From positions 1 through 42,833 of the forward strand of contig JBFMBF010000008.1 in the NCBI GenBank assembly GCA_040755315.1: a DNA stretch of 42,833 nucleotides. Reading direction: 5' to 3'. The number at the start of each line of letters is the position of its first letter. Positions within the stretch are counted from its first letter, which is position 1. Under the pieces are notes generated by a model. The model did no database searches, was not told the DNA's origin, and saw nothing but the letters and a program-made list of their open reading frames with translations. Shown here piece by piece: positions 8,396 to 18,427 of this stretch. This DNA is from Candidatus Hadarchaeota archaeon (lineage in GTDB: Archaea > Hadarchaeota > Hadarchaeia > Hadarchaeales > Hadarchaeaceae). The position numbers and the translations under genes were made by a program.

Positions 8396-9427
8396 ATGAT
8401 AAAGTTTGAAAAATACACCCAGGAGGCTGGGTTCAGGAGCCCCGTCGAAGGGTTCAATGAAGCCACCCAATTAATCGAAGTCAGGGTGGACCCTCTCACT
8501 GGCAGGGGCTGCCGGATAAACATCCAGAGGGCGAGGCGGCCGATGCAGGCCTCAACGTCCTCGGAGCTTGGCGCCGTGGTCGAGCGCTCAAAGGGCAAAT
8601 GCCACTTCTGTCCCGCGAGCTTGGAGAAGTCCACCCCGATGTTCTCAGAGGGGATGCCGGACAGGATAAAGGTTGGCACGGCCTGCGCATTCCCCAACCT
8701 CTTCCCGTTCGGAGGGTTCCACGCGGTGGTGACTTTTTCAGGTGACCATTTCCTGGAGCCGGGGCAATTCACCCCAAAGCTTCTTGAGGATTCCTTCCGG
8801 GCCTGCCTGGAGTACTTCAAGCTCGTGAAAGAGCGTCACCCGGAAATCAAGTACTGGAGCATCAACTGGAACTACATGCCGCCCGGGGCCGCGAGCATAA
8901 TCCACCCGCACCTGCAGATAATCGCAGACCCAGCGCCGACCTTCTATCTAGGCGAAATCCTAGAAAAAAGCAGGCGGTACCGCTCGCAGAACGGGCGCAA
9001 CTACTGGGAAGAACTTGTGAAGGTTGAGCGGGAAAAAGGAGAGAGGTACATCGCCCAAAAGGGGAACACCCACTGGATCTCCAGCTTCGCCCCACGCGGA
9101 AACAAGGAAGTCACGGCGATCGTGGATGGAGTGTCCGCCCTCTCTGCCATGGATGAAAAAATGCTCCGCGACTTTTCTGGGGGGCTTTCCTCGGTGCTGG
9201 CAGGCTACCAAGCTCTTTTTGTCCAAAGCTTCACGATGAGCACATTCTCTGGACCCAGCGACGAGGACAACGACGACTTTTTCTGGCTGAACTCCAGGAT
9301 AATCTCCCGCCCCAACTTGGCGTCATTCTACACAAACGATGCTGGTTTCATGGAGCGGCTTCACGCCGAGCCCGTGGCCGACTCCATACCCGAGGACTTG
9401 GCAAGGGAGTTGCTCAAGTTCTTCTGA
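8396..9427 (+). CDS. GalT-like (HIT superfamily) hexose-1-phosphate nucleotidyltransferase
   Basis: RVDPLTG, CHFCP, FPNLFPF, NYMPPGAASIIHPHLQ (HxHxQ); ATG at 8396. Confidence 0.85.
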   Translation: MIKFEKYTQEAGFRSPVEGFNEATQLIEVRVDPLTGRGCRINIQRARRPMQASTSSELGAVVERSKGKCHFCPASLEKSTPMFSEGMPDRIKVGTACAFPNLFPFGGFHAVVTFSGDHFLEPGQFTPKLLEDSFRACLEYFKLVKERHPEIKYWSINWNYMPPGAASIIHPHLQIIADPAPTFYLGEILEKSRRYRSQNGRNYWEELVKVEREKGERYIAQKGNTHWISSFAPRGNKEVTAIVDGVSALSAMDEKMLRDFSGGLSSVLAGYQALFVQSFTMSTFSGPSDEDNDDFFWLNSRIISRPNLASFYTNDAGFMERLHAEPVADSIPEDLARELLKFF

Positions 9428-9471
9428 ACAAAAACTCTTTTTATCCCCCATCCCCCCTTAAGCTGAGGTAA

Positions 9472-10728
9472 ATGAAGATACTTTACTTCCCGTACGAGTT
9501 CCCGCCATTCTTTGTTGGCGGGCTCGGGACATACGCGCTCGAGATGACCAGGCGCTTCGCAAGAATGGGCCACAGCATCACGGCGTTCGCCAAGAACCCG
9601 GGTGATGCCATAACCACCGACCTTTACGAGGGAGTGGAAGTGCACAGGCCACTCCTGACGGATGCAATAGACCTCCTCCCGTTGATAGTGCCGGAGGACG
9701 TGAAAAGATGGCCAACCGGCGCCCAGAACTACTTCGCGGAGACGTTCATGTACAATGTCCTCTCGTCCACGAAGGCTGTGAACCTTCTCGTCAAGGTCAA
9801 CAAGAGGGACTTTGACCTGATAGTCGCACACGACTGGCTCGCGTCTATTTCTGGGATAATGTGCAAGAGGGCCTTGAAGAAACCGTTCGTGTTCCACCTG
9901 CACTCCCTCGAGGAAGGAAGGACCGGCGGCGCGGGGTCGCCGACCATCAAAAGCCTGGAAAGGCTCGGCGCCCACATCGCCAACGGTGTGATAACGGTCA
10001 GCTACGCCATGCGGGACCAGCTTGTCACCTTGGGTTATGAAGAGAAGAAAATCCGTGTGGTCTATAACGGCGTGGACGAGAAAAAGTATGATATCAACAG
10101 GTTCCAGCCGGAGAAAATAGCAGAGTTCAGGCGGAGGATAGGGGTGGGCGAGGACCCGATGATCTTCTTCGTGGGGCGCCTTGCCTGGATGAAGGGAGTC
10201 GACACCCTCGTGAGGGCAATGCCGATTATCCTGAAAGAGGTGCCGAAAGCAAAGCTGGTGATTCTTGGCAAGGGGGAGGAGGAGGGGATGATAAAAGACA
10301 TGATTGCCCAGCTAGGGATACAGAAAAATGTCTTGCTCAAACTTGAGATGGCCCCAGAAAGCGAGCGGCTGCTTTACTACGCCGCGTGCGACGTGGCCGT
10401 CTTCCCGTCAAAGTACGAGCCTTTCGGGATAGTCTGCGTTGAAGCTATGAGCATGGGCAAGCCGGTGATTGTCGGGGCAAAAGGGACATCCGGCTTCAGG
10501 GAGCAGATTGTGCCGAGCGGCCCTGACCGGTGCGGGGCGCACATCAACCCCGATGATCCGTACGACATCGCGAAGTTTGCCATAGAGTTCCTGAAGGACG
10601 AGAACCTCAGGAAGCAGCTGGGGAAGAATGCGAGGAAAAGGGTCTTGGAGAAGTTCACCCTCGACAAGGTGGCGCAGGACACAATCAGGATATATCAGGA
10701 AATAGCGGGCTTGACTGAAAGCATGTGA
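9472..10728 (+). CDS. GT4 glycosyltransferase (glycogen synthase-like)
   Basis: EFPPFFVGGLG, AHDW, VGRLAWMKG, PSKYEPFGIVCVEAM. Confidence 0.88.
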   Translation: MKILYFPYEFPPFFVGGLGTYALEMTRRFARMGHSITAFAKNPGDAITTDLYEGVEVHRPLLTDAIDLLPLIVPEDVKRWPTGAQNYFAETFMYNVLSSTKAVNLLVKVNKRDFDLIVAHDWLASISGIMCKRALKKPFVFHLHSLEEGRTGGAGSPTIKSLERLGAHIANGVITVSYAMRDQLVTLGYEEKKIRVVYNGVDEKKYDINRFQPEKIAEFRRRIGVGEDPMIFFVGRLAWMKGVDTLVRAMPIILKEVPKAKLVILGKGEEEGMIKDMIAQLGIQKNVLLKLEMAPESERLLYYAACDVAVFPSKYEPFGIVCVEAMSMGKPVIVGAKGTSGFREQIVPSGPDRCGAHINPDDPYDIAKFAIEFLKDENLRKQLGKNARKRVLEKFTLDKVAQDTIRIYQEIAGLTESM

Positions 10729-10774
10729 CTTTAAAATTTAAATTGGTGATAGTCTGGAGCTTGCTTTAAATCCA

Positions 10775-12733
10775 GTGGGCAACTACGGCGCGGAGTTGAG
10801 CAGGGAATGGTTGATTGGGAACGGCCTCGGGGGGTACTCTTCATCAACAGTTCTCGGGATAAACACGAGAAAATATCACGGTCTCCTTGTGGCGCCGACA
10901 GAAGAGCCTCCCTTCGGGCGGAAGCTGTTGCTCTCAAAGATGGAGGAGTCGCTTTCCGGAGGAACCACTGCCCCCCTCTCGGCCAACGAGTACCCGGGAG
11001 TCGTCCACCCAGGCGGCCACGCCAACCTCAAACAGTTCAGGCTTGACCCACTTCCCACATTTCTTTACAGGCTGCCTGACATCCTCGTCAAAAAAACCGT
11101 CTTCATGCCTCACGGGCACAACGCCGTGGTCGTGAACTACCGGGTGTGGAACCCGGCCAAGAAATCCATCAAGATGGTCGTCAGTCCAATCATAAATTTC
11201 AGAAGCATCCACAGCCTGACCAAAGCAGGGGCCGTCGACTTCAAGCAGCGAACGGATGGAAAAAAGGTGGAGGTAACGGCAGACGGGCAGCTCTCACTCT
11301 CCATGGCGTCGGACCTGATGGATTTTCACCCGTCGCAGCTCCCCGAAAAGTCAAGATGGTACAAAAATTTTGTTTACAGAAGAGAAAGGGAGCGGGGCTA
11401 CGAGTTCGTGGAGGACCAGTACTGTCCAGGCAGCTTTGAGTTCAGCTTTGACGGCGACTCAGAGTTCAATATCCTGGCTGCAGGCGGGTACGGCGGCGGC
11501 GAAAGCTTCTGGTCACTCTACCGCCAGCCGCACAGGTTTGACAGGCTGAAAATCGAGGCCATCCGAAGGCTAGATGAGTTGGCGAAGAAAGGCCCGCAGG
11601 AAAGCTGGGGGGGCTACCTCAGCTGTGCCGCAGACTCATTCCTCACTGGTGGGCGAGTTATTGCTGGCTACCACTGGTTTGGCTGCTGGGGCAGGGATAC
11701 CCTGATCAGCCTCCCGGGACTCGCCCTCGTGACAGGCAGGCATGATGAGGCCAGAAAAGTGCTTCTGGATCTGGCCGCAAGAAGGGGTGGCGGCGTTATC
11801 CCCAACTGGTTTGAGAGTGGGGAGGCCGGCTACGAGTGCATCGATGCCTCTCTGATGTACATCTACGCCCTACACAAGTACTTGGCCTACACTGACGACC
11901 TGAAGACTGCGAAAGAGCTGTGGACGCCGGGGCTGGAAATTTTGGAGGGCTGCGTCCGCGGACGGGCGAAGGGAGTCAGGGTCGAGGAAGACGGGCTGCT
12001 GTGGAGCGACAGGACCACCTGGATGGACGCTCGTGTTGATGAAAAAAGGGTGACGCCGCGCTCGGGAAAAGCCGTGGAGATCAATGCTTTCTGGTACAAT
12101 GCACTCCGGTCGATGGAAGGAATCGGCGGCAGAATCGGCAAACCATTCAAGCTGAGCGGGCTCGCTGACAAGGCGAAGAAAAACTTCCTCCAGACATTCT
12201 GGAACGGGGAAAAGAACTGCCTTTATGATGCGGTGGATGGTGACTCCAAGGACGGCCGCCTGCGGCCCAACCAGATATTCGCCGTTGGCCTGCCGTTCCC
12301 TGTGCTTGAAGGGGAAAAAGCAAGATTGGTCCTGCAAGCCGTGGAAGAGAGGCTGCTGACCCCGTTCGGCCTGAGAAGCCTCGCCAAGGATGAGCCAGGG
12401 TACATCGGGAAGTACGGCGGGGGGCAGTGGGACAGGGACATGGCCTACCATCAAGGCACAGTGTGGAGCTGGCTGATTGGGCCGTTCATCACGGCTTACG
12501 TCCGCTTGACTGGCAGCAGCAAAAAGGCCGAGGGACTGCTAGAAAACTTGGTCGGCGGCCACCTGAAAGAAGCCGGACTCGGTACAGTCTCGGAAATCTT
12601 CGATGGGGATGAGCCGCACCTGCCCGGGGGGTGCATCTCCCAGGCCTGGAGCGTGGGCGAAATCATCAGATGTTATTCCGAAAACATAAAAGGGATAAAG
12701 CCCCCCTTCGAAAGTAAATACGGGGTTAAGTGA
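10775..12733 (+). CDS. Glycogen debranching enzyme (amylo-alpha-1,6-glucosidase, archaeal type)
   Basis: EWLIGNGLGGY, TRKYHGLL, AGYHWF..WGRDT, TWMDA, RPNQ, YHQGTVW, SQAWSV. Confidence 0.92.
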   Translation: MGNYGAELSREWLIGNGLGGYSSSTVLGINTRKYHGLLVAPTEEPPFGRKLLLSKMEESLSGGTTAPLSANEYPGVVHPGGHANLKQFRLDPLPTFLYRLPDILVKKTVFMPHGHNAVVVNYRVWNPAKKSIKMVVSPIINFRSIHSLTKAGAVDFKQRTDGKKVEVTADGQLSLSMASDLMDFHPSQLPEKSRWYKNFVYRRERERGYEFVEDQYCPGSFEFSFDGDSEFNILAAGGYGGGESFWSLYRQPHRFDRLKIEAIRRLDELAKKGPQESWGGYLSCAADSFLTGGRVIAGYHWFGCWGRDTLISLPGLALVTGRHDEARKVLLDLAARRGGGVIPNWFESGEAGYECIDASLMYIYALHKYLAYTDDLKTAKELWTPGLEILEGCVRGRAKGVRVEEDGLLWSDRTTWMDARVDEKRVTPRSGKAVEINAFWYNALRSMEGIGGRIGKPFKLSGLADKAKKNFLQTFWNGEKNCLYDAVDGDSKDGRLRPNQIFAVGLPFPVLEGEKARLVLQAVEERLLTPFGLRSLAKDEPGYIGKYGGGQWDRDMAYHQGTVWSWLIGPFITAYVRLTGSSKKAEGLLENLVGGHLKEAGLGTVSEIFDGDEPHLPGGCISQAWSVGEIIRCYSENIKGIKPPFESKYGVK

Positions 12734-14265
12734 CGGACATCTGCCTGGCATTCGAGGTCCACCAGCCGCTCCGGCTCGACGGGAATTTTATGGAGTCGGC
12801 TGCGAGGGGGAAGGGCCCAGAGGAGCTTTTTGACCTATACTTCAACAACACATGGAACAAGACCATTTTTGAGCGGGTGGCGAACAAGTGCTACCGCCCC
12901 GCAAACCAGATTCTTCTTGAAAACATTGAACGCTACAAGGATCAAAAAAGGAAATTCAAGGTGGCCTTCAGCCTCTCCGGCCTTTTGATCAGGCAATGCG
13001 AGATGTGGGCGCCGGATGTCCTCGAATCTTTCAAGAAGCTGGCGGCCACCGGCTGTGCCGAGTTCATGTGCCAAACATTCTACCACTCCCTTTCCAGCCT
13101 ATTCTCACCAGAAAGGGGAGAGTTTGTTGAGCAGATTCAGATGCACAGGAGAAAAATAAAAGAGCTCTTCGGGCAGGACCCAAAGGTCTTCGAGAACACT
13201 GAGTTCATTTACAACAACTCCATAGCCAAGACCATCTGGGGGCTTGGGTTCAGGGGAATGTTCACCGAGGGGGCGCGCAGGATTCTGGAGTGGAGGTCGC
13301 CGAACTATGTCTACAGGGCGAACGGCTCCGACATCCGCGTGCTCATGAGGAACTACAGGCTCGCGGACGACGTCGCGTTCAGGTTCTCCAACAGGGACTG
13401 GCCCGGCTGGCCCCTCACGGCGGACAAGTATGCATCGTGGCTCTCGGCCACCCCGGGGCAGTGCATCAACCTCTTCATGGATTATGAAACGTTCGGGGAG
13501 CACCAGTGGCCCGAGACTGGAATAAGAGAGTTCCTGAGGTGGCTTCCCGGGGAGGTGCTGAAATACGAGAACCTGCAGTTCTCGACTCCCTCCGAGCTGC
13601 TCAGGCACGGCCCAATGGGCGAAGTGGATGTCCATGACTTCAGCACAATCTCTTGGGCGGACGTGAAGAGGAGCACCGACGCCTGGCTGGGGAACGACAT
13701 GCAGCGCACGGCCTACGGCGCCGTGAAAAACCTTGAGCCCCATGTGAAGAAGACAGGGGACAAGAATCTTCTCGAGGTCTGGAGGATGCTCCAGGCCAGC
13801 GACCACATTTATTACATGTACACCGAGCCGGGAGCGCCGGGCATGGTCCACGGCTACTTCAGCCAGCAGTTCCCCGCCGACGCCTTCTGGTCTTTCATGA
13901 GGATAATTTCTAATTTTTGGGAAAAGGTGGCCGAAAACCTGCCTGACAAGGATGGCGTCTCGGCCCGCCTGCTCAGGGTCTTGCCCCCTGACAAGGCTTT
14001 CCACTTCCACGAGGACGGCGACTACATCCAGCTATCCGCCCACAGCCTCGAAGAGCTGAGAAATTCTGTCCTTCTGGCATCCGACAAGTCCGTCCTGTTC
14101 CACCTAGCCTGCAAGCACTTTGAAAAGTGGGTCAGGTTCACGGTGGGTGATGGAGAGCTCGCGGACACTATTTCGAAGGTTGAAGGCAAAAGCGCGGGAG
14201 ATGTCAAGCAGAAACTTCACATTATTATAGGCGAAAGGATACATGAAGTTGGAGGGGTTGCATGA
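12730..14265 (+). CDS. GH57 family alpha-amylase-like hydrolase with C-terminal extension (DUF5752-like)
   Basis: FEVHQP, FENTE, DYETFGEH, LQASDH; C-terminal AFHF...HFEKWV segment. Confidence 0.9.
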   Translation: MTDICLAFEVHQPLRLDGNFMESAARGKGPEELFDLYFNNTWNKTIFERVANKCYRPANQILLENIERYKDQKRKFKVAFSLSGLLIRQCEMWAPDVLESFKKLAATGCAEFMCQTFYHSLSSLFSPERGEFVEQIQMHRRKIKELFGQDPKVFENTEFIYNNSIAKTIWGLGFRGMFTEGARRILEWRSPNYVYRANGSDIRVLMRNYRLADDVAFRFSNRDWPGWPLTADKYASWLSATPGQCINLFMDYETFGEHQWPETGIREFLRWLPGEVLKYENLQFSTPSELLRHGPMGEVDVHDFSTISWADVKRSTDAWLGNDMQRTAYGAVKNLEPHVKKTGDKNLLEVWRMLQASDHIYYMYTEPGAPGMVHGYFSQQFPADAFWSFMRIISNFWEKVAENLPDKDGVSARLLRVLPPDKAFHFHEDGDYIQLSAHSLEELRNSVLLASDKSVLFHLACKHFEKWVRFTVGDGELADTISKVEGKSAGDVKQKLHIIIGERIHEVGGVA

Positions 14266-15431
14266 AAATAGCGATGCTCGCTTGGGAATCGCTCCACTCG
14301 ATCAAGGTCGGCGGGCTTTCAATAGTCGTTAGCAGGCAGGCCGAGGAGCTTTCGAAGAGGGGGCATGACGTCCATGTCATTACAAGGTGGGCGGACGGCC
14401 AGACAGAGTACGAGTATGTGAACGGCGTTCACTATCACAGGTGCAAGTTCGACCCTGGGCAGAACCTGGTCCACTTTGCTCACAACATGTCCATGAGCTT
14501 CGTTGCTCGCCTCAAGGATGTGGAGAAGACACACGGGAAGTTTGACATCATCCACGGCCACGACTGGCACATAGTCGACGCCCTCCATGAGCTCAAGGTA
14601 AACGAGAAGAGGCCTGTCATCATCACTTACCACTCCACGGAATACGGGAGGAACGGGAGCAGGTTTGGCGACTGGTGGGAATTCGGGGAAGTGTCAGGCA
14701 AGGAGTGGTACGGCGGGCTCATAGCTGACAGAGTGACCACGGTCTCCCACGCCATGAAGAACGAGCTGAACTGGCTTTACAAAATCCCGCCAGAGAAGAT
14801 AGACGTCACTCCAAACGCCATCGACCCGAGGAAATACCAGATGAAGATAGACCCAGGCAGGATAAAAGAGAGGTATGGGGTGCACCCGCTGGCCCCCCTT
14901 GTACTCTACATCGGGAGGGTGGACTATCAGAAGGGGCCCGACCTCCTCCTCGAGGCCATCCCGAAGGTGATTGGTCACAGGTGGGACGTCAAGTTCATCT
15001 TTGCTGGCGACGGGGGGATGAGGAGCTGGCTTGAAGGGAGAGCCGGGGATTTCGGCGTCGCCCAGAACACAAAGTTCCTTGGTTGGGTGCCGTACTGGGG
15101 TTACGTGGAGCTGCTTAACGCCGCTGACATGGTTTGCATCCCAAGCAGGAACGAGCCTTTCGGGATAGTGCTGCTGGAGGCCTGGTCCACAGGGAGGCCG
15201 GTCGTGGCCTGCGATGTGGGTGGCCTCGGGGAGAACATCGAGAACTTCGTCAATGGAATAAAGGTCTACCCGAACCCCGACTCAATTGCCTGGGGGATCA
15301 ACTACCTGCTGGACAACCCAGATGAGATGAAGAAGATTTCAGAAAAAGCCAAGGAAAGCGTGAACAAGTTCAGCTGGACTAATGTTTTAAACATTGCCAT
15401 GGAATCCTACAACAAGGCCCTCGGCAAGTAG
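14262..15431 (+). CDS. GT4 glycosyltransferase
   Basis: WESLHSIKVGGL, HGHDWH, QKGPDLL, PSRNEPFGIVLLEAW. Confidence 0.88.
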   Translation: MKIAMLAWESLHSIKVGGLSIVVSRQAEELSKRGHDVHVITRWADGQTEYEYVNGVHYHRCKFDPGQNLVHFAHNMSMSFVARLKDVEKTHGKFDIIHGHDWHIVDALHELKVNEKRPVIITYHSTEYGRNGSRFGDWWEFGEVSGKEWYGGLIADRVTTVSHAMKNELNWLYKIPPEKIDVTPNAIDPRKYQMKIDPGRIKERYGVHPLAPLVLYIGRVDYQKGPDLLLEAIPKVIGHRWDVKFIFAGDGGMRSWLEGRAGDFGVAQNTKFLGWVPYWGYVELLNAADMVCIPSRNEPFGIVLLEAWSTGRPVVACDVGGLGENIENFVNGIKVYPNPDSIAWGINYLLDNPDEMKKISEKAKESVNKFSWTNVLNIAMESYNKALGK

Positions 15432-15440
15432 GTTTTTTGC

Positions 15441-16457
15441 ATGATGGTTCTGGCAATCGGGGACATCAATGTAGATGTAATAGCCCGGACAAATTTTCCG
15501 CCAAGAGGAAAGCAAGTCGTGACGGAGGATTTCGAACTCCACGGCGGCGGGTGCGCGGCGAACTTCGCGCTCGCTTGCGCCAGGCTTGGGGTGAAAAGCA
15601 AACTGCTAGGGAAGGTCGGGGCGGACGAGTTCGGGGAGTTTGTGCTCAAGCAGTTGAAAAAAGGCGGCGTAGATGTCCTCGATGTCATGATCTCCGAAGG
15701 CAGGACGGGGGTGACGGTTGCAGTGGTAGAAAACAAAGAAAGGTCGTTCATCACCTTCAGGGGAGAGAACGCCACATTCTCAAAATCAGACATACTTCTG
15801 GACAGGCTCGACTACGACATCGTGCACATGCCATCATTCTTCCTGCTCGAGAGCCTGCGGCCCAGCTACTCTTGGCTCGCGGCAAAGGCCAAAAAGCAGG
15901 GCGCTTTGCTGACGTCGTTCGACACCGGCTGGGACCCGTTCGGCATGTGGTGGAGGACGAAATTTTTGAGAGAAGCGCTCGGGAGCTTCGATGTCTTCCT
16001 GCCCAACCTTGACGAAGCCAGGGGGGTCCTCAGGGCGCCTACAGTCACGGAGAGGGCTCTGGTGGACAGGGCTCTGGAGGCCGGGCCAAAGATTGTCGCG
16101 ATAAAGAGGGGGTCAAAGGGGTCCATCGTGGGGCAGGGGACCACGCCCGCGCTGCCGCCAAAACAACCTGTGCTTAGTTTCAAGGGGCCAGCAACCGTAA
16201 AGCAGGAAAAAAAATTCGCGAAGGTCAAGCCATTCAATGTCAAAGTCGTCGACACCACCGGTGCCGGAGATGTCTTCAACTCTGCATTCCTGCTGGCATA
16301 CATGAACACAAAGGACATGACCACCGCAGCGACGTTCGCCAACGCGGCCGCCGCCCTCAGCGTCACCGGGCCTGGCTGGTCAAGCTACCCCAGCTGGAGC
16401 CAGGTAAACGACTTCTTGAGAAAAAACGGCTTCCAGCAGGTTTGGCCCAAGCGGTGA
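15441..16457 (+). CDS. PfkB family carbohydrate kinase
   Basis: GGCAANFA...LG..VGADEFG and VVDTTGAGDVF signatures. Confidence 0.92.
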   Translation: MMVLAIGDINVDVIARTNFPPRGKQVVTEDFELHGGGCAANFALACARLGVKSKLLGKVGADEFGEFVLKQLKKGGVDVLDVMISEGRTGVTVAVVENKERSFITFRGENATFSKSDILLDRLDYDIVHMPSFFLLESLRPSYSWLAAKAKKQGALLTSFDTGWDPFGMWWRTKFLREALGSFDVFLPNLDEARGVLRAPTVTERALVDRALEAGPKIVAIKRGSKGSIVGQGTTPALPPKQPVLSFKGPATVKQEKKFAKVKPFNVKVVDTTGAGDVFNSAFLLAYMNTKDMTTAATFANAAAALSVTGPGWSSYPSWSQVNDFLRKNGFQQVWPKR

Positions 16458-16508
16458 CCCCGGGCGCTTCTCCAAGGGTTTTATTTGGGTGAAGGAGTAG
16501 TGACTGTG

Positions 16509-17813
16509 ATGTTCAAGAAATACATCCGGGACCCAATCCACGGTTACATAGGGGTGACGGACGCCGAGCAGCGGGTGATAGACAGCTGGCCTGTCCAGCG
16601 GCTGCGCGGGATCAAGCAGCTTTCGATAGCCTCGATAGTCTACCCCGGGGGCGACCACACCCGCTTCTCCCACGCCATCGGGGCAATGCATGTCTCCGGA
16701 CAGATAGCCGATTCACTGAAGCAGAGCATCGAAATCTCGAATGACGAGTGGCAGCTCCTCCGCCTGGCCGGGCTGCTCCACGACATCGGGCATGGCCCAT
16801 TCTCCCATTCATTCGAGGAGGTTCTGGTTAAACACAAGGGGCTCAACCACGAGCAGATGGGGAAGGACGTGGTGAAAAAGAGCGAGCTCGCCGACGCCCT
16901 GAATGAAGTGGGTTTTTCACCAGACGAGCTGATTGAGCTGACATTCGGCAAGGAGTCCAAGGAAAAGCGCTACCTCCACCAGGTGACCGCGAGCCAGGTG
17001 GACGCCGACAAACTGGACTTCCTCGTCAGGGACTCTTACTGCACGGGGGTGGAGTATGGAAGGATAGACATCAACAGGCTAATCCAGGCCATGAGCGTTT
17101 ATGGGGAAGACATAGCGATAGACCTGAAGGCCCTGTATGCCCTTGAGGCTTTCATGATAGCCCGCTACGAGATGTTTCTGGCCGTTTACTACCACCGGGC
17201 AGTCAGGGCCGCGGAGATCCTGCTCAACAAGGGCATGAACTACGCGCATGAACTCATCGGGCTGACCACCTTCAAGACTATCGAAGAGTTCCTGAAAATG
17301 GACGACGCCTACGTCACCACAAAGCTGCGGGAGCTCGACCCGGCCAAGCTCAAGGGCGATGAGAAGAAGGCGGCCGAACTAGCGAAGGAGATGATAGACA
17401 GGCTAGACAACAGGAGGCTGCTCAAGGCCGCGTACGAAAGGAACGTCCACATCCGCGATCCCTATGTGGCGAAGCTGCTGAGCGATGAAACAATCAGGAA
17501 GCAGAAGGAGGCCGAAATAGCCGAGAGCGCCGCGGTGGACGTTGATCACGTGGTAGTTGACGTCCCGACGATAGATTCCATCCCATACTACCCTAGGGAG
17601 ATAGACCCGATGGAAGTGCCAGTCTTCAAGACGAACAGCGCGGGGAAGAAGGAACTTGTGCCCGTCTCGCAGTACTCACAGCTGATAAATGTCCTCAAGG
17701 GCTATGTCGATGTCATCAGGGTATATACCGTCGCAGAATACAGAGAGCAAGTTGAAAAGGCCGCGGCGGAAGTGTTCAAGACCCTGCCGTTCGCCGCGCA
17801 AATCAGCATGTGA
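16509..17813 (+). CDS. HD-domain phosphohydrolase (dNTP triphosphohydrolase/SAMHD1-like)
   Basis: RDPIHG, QRLRGIKQL, HTRFSH, LLHDIGHGPFSH, DADKLDFLVRD, VYYH. Confidence 0.9.
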   Translation: MFKKYIRDPIHGYIGVTDAEQRVIDSWPVQRLRGIKQLSIASIVYPGGDHTRFSHAIGAMHVSGQIADSLKQSIEISNDEWQLLRLAGLLHDIGHGPFSHSFEEVLVKHKGLNHEQMGKDVVKKSELADALNEVGFSPDELIELTFGKESKEKRYLHQVTASQVDADKLDFLVRDSYCTGVEYGRIDINRLIQAMSVYGEDIAIDLKALYALEAFMIARYEMFLAVYYHRAVRAAEILLNKGMNYAHELIGLTTFKTIEEFLKMDDAYVTTKLRELDPAKLKGDEKKAAELAKEMIDRLDNRRLLKAAYERNVHIRDPYVAKLLSDETIRKQKEAEIAESAAVDVDHVVVDVPTIDSIPYYPREIDPMEVPVFKTNSAGKKELVPVSQYSQLINVLKGYVDVIRVYTVAEYREQVEKAAAEVFKTLPFAAQISM

Positions 17814-17826
17814 TGTCACGAAATTT

Positions 17827-18417
17827 TCACAAAATTCTGCTGACGATTTTCCGAATCTCGGTCTGAACCTCATTCAGCGGCCTGCCTCCGTCCACGACCT
17901 TGATCTCACCCGCCTCTGCAATTCTCAGGTAGTTCCGGCGCACGCTCTCCTGCAGCCTTAGGTCCTTCTCAAACTCGTCCAGCTGCCGGGAAGGTTTTAT
18001 CCTGGTGAGCGCAGCCTTTGCTGACACGTCAATCAAAATGGCCAGATCAGGATTCGGAACGTAAGAGTTTATCTTCACCAAAAAATCCTCAAAAACACCG
18101 CGCGCCGATTGGTAGGCCAGCGAGGAGTAAATGTACCTCTCGTTTATCACGACCCAGCCTCCCCTGACGGCCGGAGAAACAAGTCCTGAAACATGCTGGG
18201 CCCTGTCCGCGGCAAAAAGAAGCGCCTCAACCTCGATCGGAACCTTCAGCTTTCCCTTCAAAATCCTCTTTATGAGCCTGCCCATCCTTCCATCCGTGGG
18301 CTCGTCTGTCACCAATGCCTTGCGCCCGATGGACTTCAGCCACTTGGCAAGCAGCCTAGTTTGGGTGCTCTTGCCGCAACCGTCTATCCCCTCTATGGTG
18401 ATGAACTTTCCATTCAT
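17827..18417 (-). CDS. tmk: Thymidylate kinase
   Basis: FITIEGIDGCGKST, LLFAADRAQH, ERYIYSSLAYQ, PDL. Confidence 0.95.
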   Translation of the reverse strand: MNGKFITIEGIDGCGKSTQTRLLAKWLKSIGRKALVTDEPTDGRMGRLIKRILKGKLKVPIEVEALLFAADRAQHVSGLVSPAVRGGWVVINERYIYSSLAYQSARGVFEDFLVKINSYVPNPDLAILIDVSAKAALTRIKPSRQLDEFEKDLRLQESVRRNYLRIAEAGEIKVVDGGRPLNEVQTEIRKIVSRIL

Positions 18418-18427
18418 CTGAACACCT

